Positions 44,180 to 54,900 of a stretch of DNA of 64,000 bases are shown here, one piece after another (within the stretch, counting starts at the first letter, position 1; each line of letters starts with the position of its first letter). The notes under the pieces are model-generated. The model was not told the DNA's origin and did not search any database. It worked only from the letters and a program-made list of their open reading frames with translations. The position numbers and the translations under genes were made by a program. The stretch lies in IMG/VR virus record IMGVR_UViG_3300031111_000001, positions 50,563-114,562 of that record. One strand, written 5' to 3'. This stretch comes from a virus.

Positions 44180-44241
44180 TCCAGAAAGCGCCCCTCTTGG
44201 CTTGGGGAGGTCTGAGACGGGGCAGGGTATCAAAGGAACAG

Positions 44242-44274
44242 AAAAGGCCCTCAGAATTGATCTGAGGGCCTTTT
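44242..44274. terminator. bidirectional intrinsic terminator
   Basis: AAAAGGCCCTCAGA-ATTGA-TCTGAGGGCCTTTT between convergent genes. Confidence 0.85.
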
Positions 44275-44296
44275 CTGTGGGTCTGAATAAATGGGT

Positions 44297-44806
44297 CTAG
44301 TCCTCTTTCGGCTTAGTGTACCCGCCCGCCTTTTTGCGGCAGATCGAGCAGAGGCCATCGGGCCTTGGCTTGTAGACCCGGCGGTCGCAGCCTTCGTTCG
44401 TGCAAAACACTGGCGGCGTCGGTTCTTTGCGGGGGACTGGAGAGTCGCCCTTGGGTGGTCTGCCGATTTTTGGCTTGTACTCCTTGAGCCAGTTCGGATG
44501 GATCAGACGGACCCGGCCTTTGAGGACCGACTTGATCTTGCCCTGGCTGGTCAGCCAGCGCAGGTAGGCCACAGTGCTATCCATCTGCTCCGCAGCATCG
44601 CGCAGCGTCAAATATGTGTCGGGCATGTAGGGGTACTGCGGCAGCGGCCCACACGCATTGGGCCAGCGTTTGTCCACGTCCTCGCGCACTACAAGACGGA
44701 TGCCCTGGTGCGTCTCCATGCGGACTTTGTTGTTCTCGACAGCCCGCCACACGGAGGATAGCGAGGTGCCGGTGTAGTCCACCGCTTCTTTGATGGTCAG
44801 TAGCAT
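44297..44806 (-). CDS. tandem excisionase-like HTH DNA-binding protein with C-terminal Zn finger
   Basis: LLTIKEAVDYTG and YLTLRDAAEQM repeats; GRP AT-hook-like; CTNEGC...CSIC. Confidence 0.75.
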   Translation of the reverse strand: MLLTIKEAVDYTGTSLSSVWRAVENNKVRMETHQGIRLVVREDVDKRWPNACGPLPQYPYMPDTYLTLRDAAEQMDSTVAYLRWLTSQGKIKSVLKGRVRLIHPNWLKEYKPKIGRPPKGDSPVPRKEPTPPVFCTNEGCDRRVYKPRPDGLCSICRKKAGGYTKPKED

Positions 44807-44880
44807 TGAGGCTCCTCTGAAATGTTTGCAAACCACTTAACCTTTTTGACGGTTGCCGTCAAGAACTTTCTGGAGAGATT

Positions 44881-45132
44881 ATGAGCGAAAAAGTAGTAAA
44901 CCCTGAGCCGGAACCCATCAGGCACCCGCACAATTTCTTGCGCACAACCATTGTTTGGACCGTGCCCTTGCGCGGCGAGGACCATACCGACAAGCTGCGC
45001 GACGTGGCCCAGGCCGAGGCCGAGCGCCTGCGCGAGGGTATCCCGCAACAGACTGACCAGGGCGATAGCGCGGAGGTATTGAAGGTGGAGTTGATCTCCA
45101 CGGACGGCAGAACCGTCTTGGCTGAATATTGA
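44881..45132 (+). CDS. hypothetical protein
   Basis: RBS GGAG. Confidence 0.55.
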   Translation: MSEKVVNPEPEPIRHPHNFLRTTIVWTVPLRGEDHTDKLRDVAQAEAERLREGIPQQTDQGDSAEVLKVELISTDGRTVLAEY

Positions 45133-45261
45133 TTATGATCCCGGTGCCGGAAGGTGCCGGGATTTTATTTTGGAAAAGTTAAAAAAGTGGTTGACTTTCT
45201 TCTCGACCCGTGAGAGGTTGTTTTCACGCAACAGAGCAACACCAACTACGGAGACACCGAA

Positions 45262-45528
45262 ATGGCGACCTACACGATTACCTTCAAAAATACCAGCGCG
45301 ACCTTCTTGTTGGTCGGCGACTACCATCAGGTCATCAGTGAACACGAAGACAAGAAAGATGCCCTGGACGCTCTGGAGAGCTTCACGCTCGTCGAAATGG
45401 AGCAGGGCAAGTGGGGCATTGTTCAAGTGGTTGAGCCCGGCGAAACGATCACCAGCCACGGCCAGCGCACTGCTTCCATCGAGCAGAGCGATGAAGACTT
45501 GTTCGACAAATATTTCAGGAAAGATTAA
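45262..45528 (+). CDS. hypothetical early protein
   Basis: Behind promoter 45191. Confidence 0.7.
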   Translation: MATYTITFKNTSATFLLVGDYHQVISEHEDKKDALDALESFTLVEMEQGKWGIVQVVEPGETITSHGQRTASIEQSDEDLFDKYFRKD

Positions 45529-45613
45529 AAAACTACTTGACTCTTTTGTCGGGTTGGGGTAGAACAATTTTCAACGACGCAACGAACTACCCCAACTCGA
45601 ACAGGAGAACAAC

Positions 45614-46087
45614 ATGCCCAAGACCGAACTTTCCATCGACAAGCTGCGCGAGTTCAAGACCATGCTGACCGACGCCCTCAAGAACTCCCAACACCGCATG
45701 GCCGAGTTGGTGGAGTTCATCGAGCGGGCCGACCGCACCGAGCAGCCCATCGACGAGCAGTACGTCGTCCAGCGCCTGGAAGCCAACGTCTGGAAGACCA
45801 TGTTCCGCTGGGACAAGGAAACCAATCAGCTTCACTTCGGCATCGACAGCCACTTCGACGCCGAACTGACCGACGTGCCTGTCTTCTCCAAGGACCGCGC
45901 CGAGCGGTACGCCGCCGGGCTGAAGCGCGACAGCGAAAAGAACGGCGAACCTCGCGTGTACCAAGTCATTTCCGTGCGGGAGCTTCAGCAAAACCGCATC
46001 GACGAGGCCGACGAAGGCCGGAAGGCCCTGATGAAGACGCTGGGCAACATCAACGGCCAGATAGCCATGGCTGAAGAAGGCAAGTAG
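45614..46087 (+). CDS. hypothetical early protein
   Basis: Behind promoter 45537, RBS AGGAG. Confidence 0.75.
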   Translation: MPKTELSIDKLREFKTMLTDALKNSQHRMAELVEFIERADRTEQPIDEQYVVQRLEANVWKTMFRWDKETNQLHFGIDSHFDAELTDVPVFSKDRAERYAAGLKRDSEKNGEPRVYQVISVRELQQNRIDEADEGRKALMKTLGNINGQIAMAEEGK

Positions 46088-46134
46088 CAACCACAAGGGG
46101 CCGGGCAACCGGCCCCCACCCAAGGGAGAATATC

Positions 46135-46278
46135 ATGAAAATCATCGCGATCACCGAGCAGCATCTCAATATGCTCATGCGGGGCCAGCTTGTTTTGGGC
46201 ATCGGCTACGGCGTCCTGACCTGCGTGGCCCTGTTCTGCGGCACCATGGCCTACCTGACCACCACCGGCATCATCTAG
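46135..46278 (+). CDS. small membrane protein (47 aa)
   Basis: Manual ORF, RBS GGAG. Confidence 0.5.
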   Translation: MKIIAITEQHLNMLMRGQLVLGIGYGVLTCVALFCGTMAYLTTTGII

Positions 46279-46289
46279 GAGCGCGACCA

Positions 46290-46979
46290 GTGACCCACTA
46301 CATCCTCAGAAACCAGATCGTCAGTTACATCAGCCCCAACCGACTCCCTGGCCTCTGCAAGCTGGACATCTTCCGGCGCTATGAGAAAACTGTGGTGGTC
46401 ATGACGGAAGTGGCCGACAACACCGGGCAGAGCGTCACGAACGCCTCCGAAGTCATTGCCATGTCCATCATGAACACCTTCCGGCTCAATCCTGACCTGA
46501 CCATGTTCGTCGAGCATTACGGCCCAGAGAGCTTCGACGGCAACCTGGATCGCGAGGACACCTACACCGTCGTGACCTACGACGTGGCCGAACTGAAGCC
46601 CGGCGAGTACGACCTGTCCCGCCCGTCGTGGCACAACGCCAAGCGCAAGGATAACGCCCCGGAGGCCGTGGAGTACGCCTTCAGCTTGATCGGCGATCCC
46701 ATCGTCGGCATCACAGTGGGCCGGGCGCATATCCTGAACCCTGACGGCACTGACACCTCCATTGAGTTCACCGAGGAACCCACCCTGGAGTGGTTGCAGG
46801 AACAGGTTCAGGGGCACATCGAGATCACATGGTGCGGCTTCAACAATCTCCGATCCATGATGGTCGTCAACGACGAGGGGCTGCTGATCAACATGAAGCC
46901 GAACCCCAAAGCCTCGATCCTCGCCGGTCAACCCATCGTCGGCCCCGCCGTGGTGCTGGAAGGTTTTATGCTGCGGTAG
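46290..46979 (+). CDS. two-domain protein with C-terminal DUF3846-like domain
   Basis: TLEWLQEQVQGHIE...VNDEGLL-N-KPNP-AS...IVGPAVV. Confidence 0.7.
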   Translation: MTHYILRNQIVSYISPNRLPGLCKLDIFRRYEKTVVVMTEVADNTGQSVTNASEVIAMSIMNTFRLNPDLTMFVEHYGPESFDGNLDREDTYTVVTYDVAELKPGEYDLSRPSWHNAKRKDNAPEAVEYAFSLIGDPIVGITVGRAHILNPDGTDTSIEFTEEPTLEWLQEQVQGHIEITWCGFNNLRSMMVVNDEGLLINMKPNPKASILAGQPIVGPAVVLEGFMLR

Positions 46980-47072
46980 CGAAAAACTGCTTGACATTTC
47001 TTTCGGGTTGTGAGAGGGTTTCTTCAACGCAACGAGAAACGCCTCTCACAACCCGAACCAAGGAGAACCCCC

Positions 47073-47897
47073 ATGGCCCGCCGCAACCGCTACCTGATCG
47101 TCAAGCAAGCCATCGCCCAGACCATGAAGATCGACGAAGTCCCCATGGGCGACGTGAAGCCGGTCACCATGGACGGCAAGGGCAATACCCTGAACCCCGT
47201 CTTCTTCGCCCATATCGATGGCAGCGCCTACTTCGTCGGCTCCCACGCCGAGCGCGAAGAGATCGCCCCCGTCATCACCAAGTATCTGGGCTGCTCTATG
47301 GACACCTGCAAGAGGGTGGTCGTTCCCATGAACGGCGCGGCTGGCGACGGCTGGCACGTCTACCACTTCATCCCCTACACCGCCGCCGAGCGCGAGGTGA
47401 CCTACAGGGCCATACTGGCCAAGCAGCGCGAGGCCATCATGGTTGCCATTGACCGCCTGGGCGACTATGCCGAGAGCGTCTTCGATATGTTCGACAAGCT
47501 CTATCAGAGTGGGGACTATGAGTCGGCCATACGCTGGCATGCCCATGGTCCGATCTGGCATGAGTACTGTCGCGCCGAGGCCAATGCCCTTGGGCAGATA
47601 ATGCGCGATTACGACACCCGATACATGACGTGGCAGCAGTGCCGGAATTACATCGCCAGCCATATCCAGCAGATCAAGGACGAAGTGGGGACCACCGCTT
47701 TGTTTAATGGCAGCAACATCAACCACAATATCACCAATCTGCACCGTTTCAACCTCCTGCGCAAGCTGCTGGAGGAGACTTCGCCCCTGCGCCACATCGA
47801 GCGCGAGTTTCTGCGGCTGCGCCCCATCATCAACAGCCTGAACGCCTGTTTGCTCCAGCAGGGCAAGACACCCATCGATCTGGGCTACGACGATTAG
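47073..47897 (+). CDS. hypothetical early protein
   Basis: Behind promoter 46991, RBS AAGGAG. Confidence 0.75.
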   Translation: MARRNRYLIVKQAIAQTMKIDEVPMGDVKPVTMDGKGNTLNPVFFAHIDGSAYFVGSHAEREEIAPVITKYLGCSMDTCKRVVVPMNGAAGDGWHVYHFIPYTAAEREVTYRAILAKQREAIMVAIDRLGDYAESVFDMFDKLYQSGDYESAIRWHAHGPIWHEYCRAEANALGQIMRDYDTRYMTWQQCRNYIASHIQQIKDEVGTTALFNGSNINHNITNLHRFNLLRKLLEETSPLRHIEREFLRLRPIINSLNACLLQQGKTPIDLGYDD

Positions 47898-47989
47898 AGG
47901 CCTGATGGGGCGGGTTTCAGCCCGCCCCTTGACATTTCTCAACGTGCAGCATAAACGCCTCACCTCCGCAACGCGGGAAGGGAAATAGC

Positions 47990-48415
47990 ATGTCGCAGCA
48001 ACTTGCCGAAATAAATCTCAATTTGAACGCACAGGCGATTGCGGTTCTGGCCGCTCTGTCTGGTATGCAACCTGACGGGATCGCCCGGTGGGACGACAAG
48101 ATCAAGGGGTACGACTTTAAGTCCAAGACCACGGCGTGGTACAATGGGCGGGAGCGCGGCTTCTGCTTGGCCGCCCGGAACTATCTTGGCACCAGCCCCT
48201 GCATCCACATTTGCGTGGCCGAGTGCCGTTCCGGCGACCAGATCGTAGTCTATCGCGAGATCACCGAACACCCCTTTCTGAATCACATGGACCTGAAGGA
48301 TGAAAGCTACGATACTGCCGAGTATTTCGACTACCTGCGCATCGACGAGGTGGTCCAGTACATCCGTCAGCTTTTGCGGGACTACTTCGACGCCCTGGCC
48401 GAAGAAATCTCATAA
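47990..48415 (+). CDS. hypothetical early protein
   Basis: WYNGRERG...AECRSGDQIVVY; own promoter. Confidence 0.75.
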   Translation: MSQQLAEINLNLNAQAIAVLAALSGMQPDGIARWDDKIKGYDFKSKTTAWYNGRERGFCLAARNYLGTSPCIHICVAECRSGDQIVVYREITEHPFLNHMDLKDESYDTAEYFDYLRIDEVVQYIRQLLRDYFDALAEEIS

Positions 48416-48709
48416 AACAACTTGACAAAACTATCGGGCTGGGGTAGAACTTTTCCAACAGATGCAGTTCTACCCCGGCCCCATGGGGGCAACGTGGAAC
48501 AGATCAGCAGCACCAACACCGGGAGCCTAACCGCACAAGGACGCGAACTGCTGAACAGAATGATCGCCGACCAGAAAACCATGCGCGGCCATGCCGACCA
48601 CGAAGACGTGACCGGCGAACCGTGGGCGCAAGCCCTGGTGGACGCCGTAATGGCCCCGAAGTTCAAGGGGGAACTCTGGAAGGCGGTATAAAACGCAACG
48701 GGAGAAACC

Positions 48710-49054
48710 ATGAACACCCACGGAATGACCGAAGAAGAACTGAACCGAGACGGCGGCTACGAAAAGTGGCGGGCCAAGGACAACGCCTTCCTGTGCGGCC
48801 AGGGCCACGCCGAGCAGATTGAGAAGGCGTCCAATGGTCTGAACGAGTTCAACGCTTTCTGTGAAGGCTTCGCCGCAGGGTTTCTGCGGATGCACCCCAC
48901 ACTCCAGCAGAAGAACATGCGCCTGATTCTGGCCGTCATCAAGGCCCTGGCCGAGAATGAGTGTGTGGACGCCCGGAACGAAGCAGCCCAGCAGCTTGCC
49001 CGGAAGATCGACGAAGTGGTAGGCCTGAACGGCGTCTTCCTCCCCTACATCTAG
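48710..49054 (+). CDS. hypothetical protein
   Basis: RBS GGGAG; HPTLQQ motif. Confidence 0.7.
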   Translation: MNTHGMTEEELNRDGGYEKWRAKDNAFLCGQGHAEQIEKASNGLNEFNAFCEGFAAGFLRMHPTLQQKNMRLILAVIKALAENECVDARNEAAQQLARKIDEVVGLNGVFLPYI

Positions 49055-49064
49055 GAGCCCCACC

Positions 49065-49298
49065 GTGCCCGACAAACTCAAGATCGAAGACCTGAAGGGT
49101 TATGAGGCCCAGGCTCTGTTGGCCTCCATCGATAGCACGCGCCTTTGGGTTTCCGTTACGGACGACAACGTCATCTATAAGATCGAAGACCTGACCAAGG
49201 GTGTGATTGTCGATGCGGCCCGCACCCTTGAAGAGGCGGTCGCCAAGTTCAACAAAATCCACAGAGAAATCGAAGCCCGGAAGCGGGCAGGGAGATAA
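49065..49298 (+). CDS. hypothetical protein
   Basis: RBS AGGAG. Confidence 0.6.
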   Translation: MPDKLKIEDLKGYEAQALLASIDSTRLWVSVTDDNVIYKIEDLTKGVIVDAARTLEEAVAKFNKIHREIEARKRAGR

Positions 49299-49300
49299 CC

Positions 49301-50398
49301 ATGAAGAGAATCTACCGCTTCGATTCCAAGGCCGAGCGCAATGAGGGCCTGTTCAAGTGGCTCTGGTATCGCACCTTCGGCGAGAAGTTCACCTTCGATC
49401 CGAACCTGACCACGGCGCAGGAGATCATCGACACGGCCAAGTCCGAATACAACATGACCATCGAGCAGATCGGCCCCGAAACCATGCTGGTCACGGGTGT
49501 CGAGGGCGGAGTCAGGACCACCGGGGGCGACGGACGGCTGGACCGGGCCGAGTATCGCCACCCGTCCTACGTCATGTGCAGTCTGACCCGTGGGTTCGGG
49601 GGTGAGAACCGGGCCTTCGGGTCCAACATCACGCACAACAGCCACGTCACCCTGCGCATCCAACGTGGTGTTCTGTACCGTAGTGATCTGCATCACGAAC
49701 GCTACGGGGCCGACCACAGCAAGCCCACCTTCGTCGAGGTGCGGTTGACCCCCAACCAGTTCGCCGAAATGATCACGAACATGAACGTGGGCGACGGCGT
49801 GCCCGGCACCCTGATGCATGAGAACGGCAAGCGCATCCGCTTCCAGCCGCCCTACGAGGAAACCATCGTCTCCGAGGGCCAGAAGGGTTTCAGAGAAATC
49901 TGCGGCGATGTCCACAAAAAGTTCGCCAAGTTGGAAGAGGAAATGGATGTGATCCTCGCCAAGAAAAACATCGGCAAGGCCGACCGGGAACGCCTTTCCA
50001 ACATCACCGACATCGCCCGCCGAATGCTCAAGGACAGCTTGCCGTTCCTCGCCTCCCAGATCGAGGAGTACGGCGAGACGGTGACCACCCAAGCCAGGAC
50101 CGCCGTGGACAACGCCATCACCACGGCCATGATCAATCTGGGTGGCGAGAAGCTGGCCGAGAAGCTGTCCCATGGCGTGTTGACCCCGAACGGTGCGGAT
50201 CGCATGCTGGCCCTGGACGTGACGCCGCAGGAAACGGCCCTGGCGTCCCCCGAGAGCGATTCTGTGGGGGAATCCGAACTGGTGGCTGATCTGGAGTCCT
50301 TGGGGGCCGTAGAGTGCCACGAATGCAAGCGGTGGGGATTCCCCGGCCACGTCTGTCATGGTTGCGGCGCGGACCTCCCCGACGAGGAAGACGCATGA
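49301..50398 (+). CDS. hypothetical protein with C-terminal Zn ribbon
   Basis: 365-aa ORF; CHEC...CHGC. Confidence 0.75.
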   Translation: MKRIYRFDSKAERNEGLFKWLWYRTFGEKFTFDPNLTTAQEIIDTAKSEYNMTIEQIGPETMLVTGVEGGVRTTGGDGRLDRAEYRHPSYVMCSLTRGFGGENRAFGSNITHNSHVTLRIQRGVLYRSDLHHERYGADHSKPTFVEVRLTPNQFAEMITNMNVGDGVPGTLMHENGKRIRFQPPYEETIVSEGQKGFREICGDVHKKFAKLEEEMDVILAKKNIGKADRERLSNITDIARRMLKDSLPFLASQIEEYGETVTTQARTAVDNAITTAMINLGGEKLAEKLSHGVLTPNGADRMLALDVTPQETALASPESDSVGESELVADLESLGAVECHECKRWGFPGHVCHGCGADLPDEEDA

Positions 50399-50619
50399 TC
50401 ATCCGACTCCAATGTCTGTGCGTGGCTCTGGTGGTCCTCATTGCGGCCATCCTGAAGCCCAGCGAAGTGAAGCGGCTGATGATGGATGCTAACGCCGAGG
50501 CCCGGCGGCATGAGCAGCAGATGCTACTCGACAAGGTCCACTTCAAGTTCGGCATGAACGTGACGGAATGCACCGCCTGTGGCGGCAGGGGCATCATCGA
50601 AGACAAGGAGAAAGTATAG
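50395..50619 (+). CDS. small protein with N-terminal hydrophobic helix
   Basis: ATGA coupling; CTACGGRG. Confidence 0.55.
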   Translation: MIIRLQCLCVALVVLIAAILKPSEVKRLMMDANAEARRHEQQMLLDKVHFKFGMNVTECTACGGRGIIEDKEKV

Positions 50620-51374
50620 TGGCTGGCAGACACCCCTTCGGACCCATCGTGAAGCGTCGGAAAGACTACTTGGTGAATCCGGTGACCGGGAAGCCCGAGA
50701 ACATCAGTATTCCGATTCGCATGAACCAGAACATGACCTTCGGGATCGAGGTGCCCGACGACCTGTTCAATATCATCGCGCCATTCACGGAGCGCATGGA
50801 TGACGCCCTGCGGCCCACCGGGGCCAGAGTGACCATGACCAGCGGAGGGTTCGGGAAAGACCGTGCCCGCATGCTGGTCACCAAGGACGGCGAAAAGTGT
50901 CTGACGGCCTTCAAAACCCTCCATGGGCTGGCGAACCAGATCAGAGAAGAGCGCGTGTCCGAGAAGGTCATCGTGGTCCGCTTCAACGGCGTGCTGCCGA
51001 ACAGCGATGTAATCGCCCTGGCGCAGGATAGCGGCATGGACAACAGGGCCGCAAGCGACTTCATGAGCAAAATGAAGATCAGCTTCCATGATGGCTCCCC
51101 GCTGCTGTTTCTGAACACGTACATCGCGTGGCGCGTCGGCGACAAGCTATACACCGACGATACACTGCGTTTCCCCGTTCATCGCGACAAAGGACACTTC
51201 ACTGTTCTGCCCTGGACCGAGCAACGGGAAGCATTCTTCAATAACGCCGTCAATGCGCTGCGCGATCTGACTGCTGGCGTGATGTCGTTTTTCATGAACC
51301 TGGACGATAAGCTGCCGCAGATCGACAGCGGCAACCTGAAGGCCATCGGAACCACTGCAAAGGAGAGCGCATGA
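50619..51374 (+). CDS. hypothetical protein
   Basis: GTG start with AAGGAG RBS. Confidence 0.7.
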   Translation: MAGRHPFGPIVKRRKDYLVNPVTGKPENISIPIRMNQNMTFGIEVPDDLFNIIAPFTERMDDALRPTGARVTMTSGGFGKDRARMLVTKDGEKCLTAFKTLHGLANQIREERVSEKVIVVRFNGVLPNSDVIALAQDSGMDNRAASDFMSKMKISFHDGSPLLFLNTYIAWRVGDKLYTDDTLRFPVHRDKGHFTVLPWTEQREAFFNNAVNALRDLTAGVMSFFMNLDDKLPQIDSGNLKAIGTTAKESA

Positions 51375-51700
51375 ACATGACCGACTTCTTGTGGCTGATT
51401 GGAGGGGGAACTGGCACGTTCGTTGTTTTGGCCCTGTGGGCCATCGTCCTGATCTGCCTGTTCTTTGCCCCCTTGATCATTTGGCGCAACGGAAACCGCA
51501 CAAACCGGCTGCTGGCCCTGTACATGCTGCACTGCGGCGTGCCCGCCAACAACATCTACGCCGTCTATAAGTCCCGTGGCAGTGACCTTCCGTCTGGCGT
51601 GTACGAAATGCGCAAGCGGCAGATCGCAGAAGAGAAAACCGCCAAAGCAGCAACCAAGGCCGCAGCGAACGAAGCCAAGGCGGCAGGGGAGTCCGAATGA
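51371..51700 (+). CDS. membrane protein
   Basis: N-terminal TM; coupled. Confidence 0.65.
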   Translation: MNMTDFLWLIGGGTGTFVVLALWAIVLICLFFAPLIIWRNGNRTNRLLALYMLHCGVPANNIYAVYKSRGSDLPSGVYEMRKRQIAEEKTAKAATKAAANEAKAAGESE

Positions 51701-51876
51701 GCAGGGAAGACCGGGAGTACATCGAACACCTCGACGACATGCTGGTGAACGACATCGACGCCCTGGCCGAGGAAATGGGCTGGGACATGGTGGAGTGCCC
51801 GGAGTGTAGCGCGGGCGTGGACACCAGCAAGCACAAGAAGTGCCCGGAGTGCGGGGCCGAGATCAAGACCGAGTAG
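51697..51876 (+). CDS. small Zn-ribbon protein (59 aa)
   Basis: Manual ORF, CPEC...CPEC; terminator-like hairpin follows. Confidence 0.6.
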   Translation: MSREDREYIEHLDDMLVNDIDALAEEMGWDMVECPECSAGVDTSKHKKCPECGAEIKTE

Positions 51877-51922
51877 TTTCAGCAAGGGGGCCGCAAGGCT
51901 CCCTTTTGCATTGTGAGGGCCT

Positions 51923-54900
51923 ATGCGATTTGAAGAAAAGTATTTCATCCAAGATCGGGAAGCGAGAGACGCACTAGACGAACATTTTGAAGGCAAGGGT
52001 TACGTTCTTTTCGTTCACTACTACAGGAACCAGTACATTTGCACGGTTGCACACTACTACAACATCACGATGGTCAATATTCACATGGACAGGGGCAAGT
52101 GGCTGGTTGTGGAACTGACGAGCCATCGCATGATGATCAACTGGAAGCCTGACACAGGGCGCGACGGTGGCGGCTGGGAGAACACGCGAGGCATTCAGTA
52201 AACTTGCAAAAACTACTTGACATTTCCACCGGCATATGAGAGGTTGTTTTCAACGCAACGAGAAACCAACCCGGAGACAAACATGACCTACCTCGCCATC
52301 TGCCACCGCACCAACGGCCCCGACATCGATCCCTGCGAAACCCTGGAACAGGCCAAGGCAGCTTTTGATGGCTGGATGGAAGACATCGAATCCGGGCTGC
52401 TGGACGACTGCACGGCCCTGCGCATCGTTCGCGAGATCACCGAGGAAGAAAAGGCCAACGGCATTCATCAGTATGACATCGATCCCATCCAGATCGCTTA
52501 TTTCGACTAGGAGATAGCCATGGAAATCAGCAAGAACGTCTGGGAAGACATCGCGAATCAGACCCACGACATGATCCAGATCATGGAGTGCTTCGACTGG
52601 ATCAGCGACAACGGCGGGATCGCCGAGGGCCACAAAGTGGACGATCCCAACGAGATCAAGCAGATCATCGAGGGCAACGACGCGCTGATCGAGGAGTCTA
52701 CCCGGAGCGCCGCCAAAGAGATCATCAGCAACGAGATTAAGGCCCACTTCACCATGCGGAACGTAAGGATTAGCAGATGACCCAGAAAGAGATCGACACC
52801 CTGGTCCGCACGTTTGCTGACGCCATTGCCGACATGGCCGCAGGGCACGAATACCTATACCCCGAGGATGTGATGGACCAGTTCGCCATTGCCATGGACG
52901 AGGTGGCCGGGGAGGGCTGGTTTGAATACGCCGGGCTGAAGGATACAGAAGCCTTTGGCGAATACTGCGCGTCCGTCCATGGAGTGTAGCGTGATCCTCA
53001 ACGAACGTCAGCGCAAAGCACTGGCCGCTTTGCACACGATCCCGAATACAACCCTGCATCAGGACAGCGAGACTGCTGCATGGCGATTCTGGCATCCCGA
53101 GAGCTACAACGTCAGGCTGTCCTTGACGTGCCGGGATGTTATGAAGCTGGTGGCCGCAGGGCTTCTTCAGAGCGATCCGATCTACCATACGAAGCATCTT
53201 TTTTTGACCGAGGCCGGAAAACTGCTTGACATTTCTTCCGGGTTGTGAGAGTGTTCTTTCAACGCAACGAACACCAACCCTGGAGAAAATCATGCAGTAC
53301 AAGGGCCACACCATGAAGCAGGTGCCCGCCGACGAGTTCTTCGGTACCGTGGGCCAGTTGGACGTGCATCCCCACATCGTGAATCCCTACAGCTACGACG
53401 AGAAGACCGGCTACACCAGCGAGTGGAAGACCCGGCAGGGCACCTTCGTCGGTCTGTCCTTCGGCGGCACCGTCCACATGCGGTGGGAGAAGTCTTATTT
53501 CGTGCCCGTGACCACGGAGGGGAATTAACATGCGCTGGCAGCAGAAGCTCACCAAGACCCAACTGAAGCACCTCAAGGACTGCGGGATCACCACGCTGAC
53601 CGCGTTCATCCGCTGCCGCAAGCAGCAGCTTTCCGACATGCGGAAGTTCGACGCGAATCCGCAAAATGCCGAGCGCAGCGCGGAAACCGTCGTGGGGTGC
53701 TGGGACTGCCGGGAGATCGCCAAGCGGCTGCAAGTGTGTGACTTCGCCCCGGAGGCCAAGTAGCCATGATCACCATCGAAATTGACACCTTCGAAGACGA
53801 CGGCGATTCCGGCTGGGTTGTCTCCGACAGCGGCGACGAATACGATCCCGTCTATTTTTACGAAGGCGAGGGAGCGACGGCCCAAGAGGCCATGGACGAG
53901 GCCGAGGATCGCGCCACCGTGTACGAGGACGACGGCCTGGAAATCACCATCGTGAGGCGGGGCTAATGTTCCGCACCGCACTCAGGCACCAGCGTTTCCG
54001 TGGCCGCAACCTCGACGCCGGAAAAGAACACCCCGAGTGGTCCCAGCGCAGAACTGCCGAGAACTTCGGACGCCGCTGGCGGCATAATTCCGTGACTCAC
54101 AAGCTGCATATGGGAGATTAGCCATGACCACCAAGAAGTGCCCCAAGTGCAAGGAACACGATCTGCTTTGGCACTGCATCCACGGGATACGCCTGAAGCG
54201 CGAGGACGAGAACGGCAAAATGGGCTATGACGTGCGCTGCCCGAAGTGCGGCGACTTCACCCTGCCAGCCCCGAAGCGAGGATAACCAGGATAACCATGG
54301 ACATCGAGCGCAAGGAACAGACCGAGAAGCGGGCCATGACGCAGAGCATGGGCTGGTGGCGCTGGAAGTGCCCCTGCTGCGGCCCTGCGGCCAAGACGGA
54401 CGAACGTGCCCAGGCCCATCGCAAGGTGCGCCGGGCGGTCAATCAAGAACTTCATGAAGCCGTAAAGGAAGCCAATATGCCCCTGCCCATGACCAACCTC
54501 CGGGCCATCATGCCCGAACTGGAAGCCGCCGAGCGCCATGTGCTGGCTATCGCCGACATACCCGGCCTTGCCGATATGAACAGCGACGACATCACGGCAG
54601 AATACAACCGGCGGCAGGACGCATACAACGAGGTCGCCCAGCGCGCCGCCCTGGCCCTGTGGGAGGACACGAAGGACCGCAACAGCAAGTCCTCGATCAT
54701 GATGGTCTTCGGCACGCCGAACAGGGAAGGCCGGTGCCCCGGCCCCGGATCGTTCAAGGTCTTCCTGCGGGATAAGGAGTAGTCATGTCCGACTTCAGCA
54801 AAGACACCCCCGAAGAATTTGTCGAGGATGCGTGGTACTGCCTTCAGGATTTCCTCAAGGCCCACGGCGACGAACTCGACGGCGACTACGGCAAGGACAT

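Noticed and set aside
44297-44806. Excisionase implying an integration module
   Set aside because: There is no integrase or att site in the window, and HTH_17-like domains are also general regulators.
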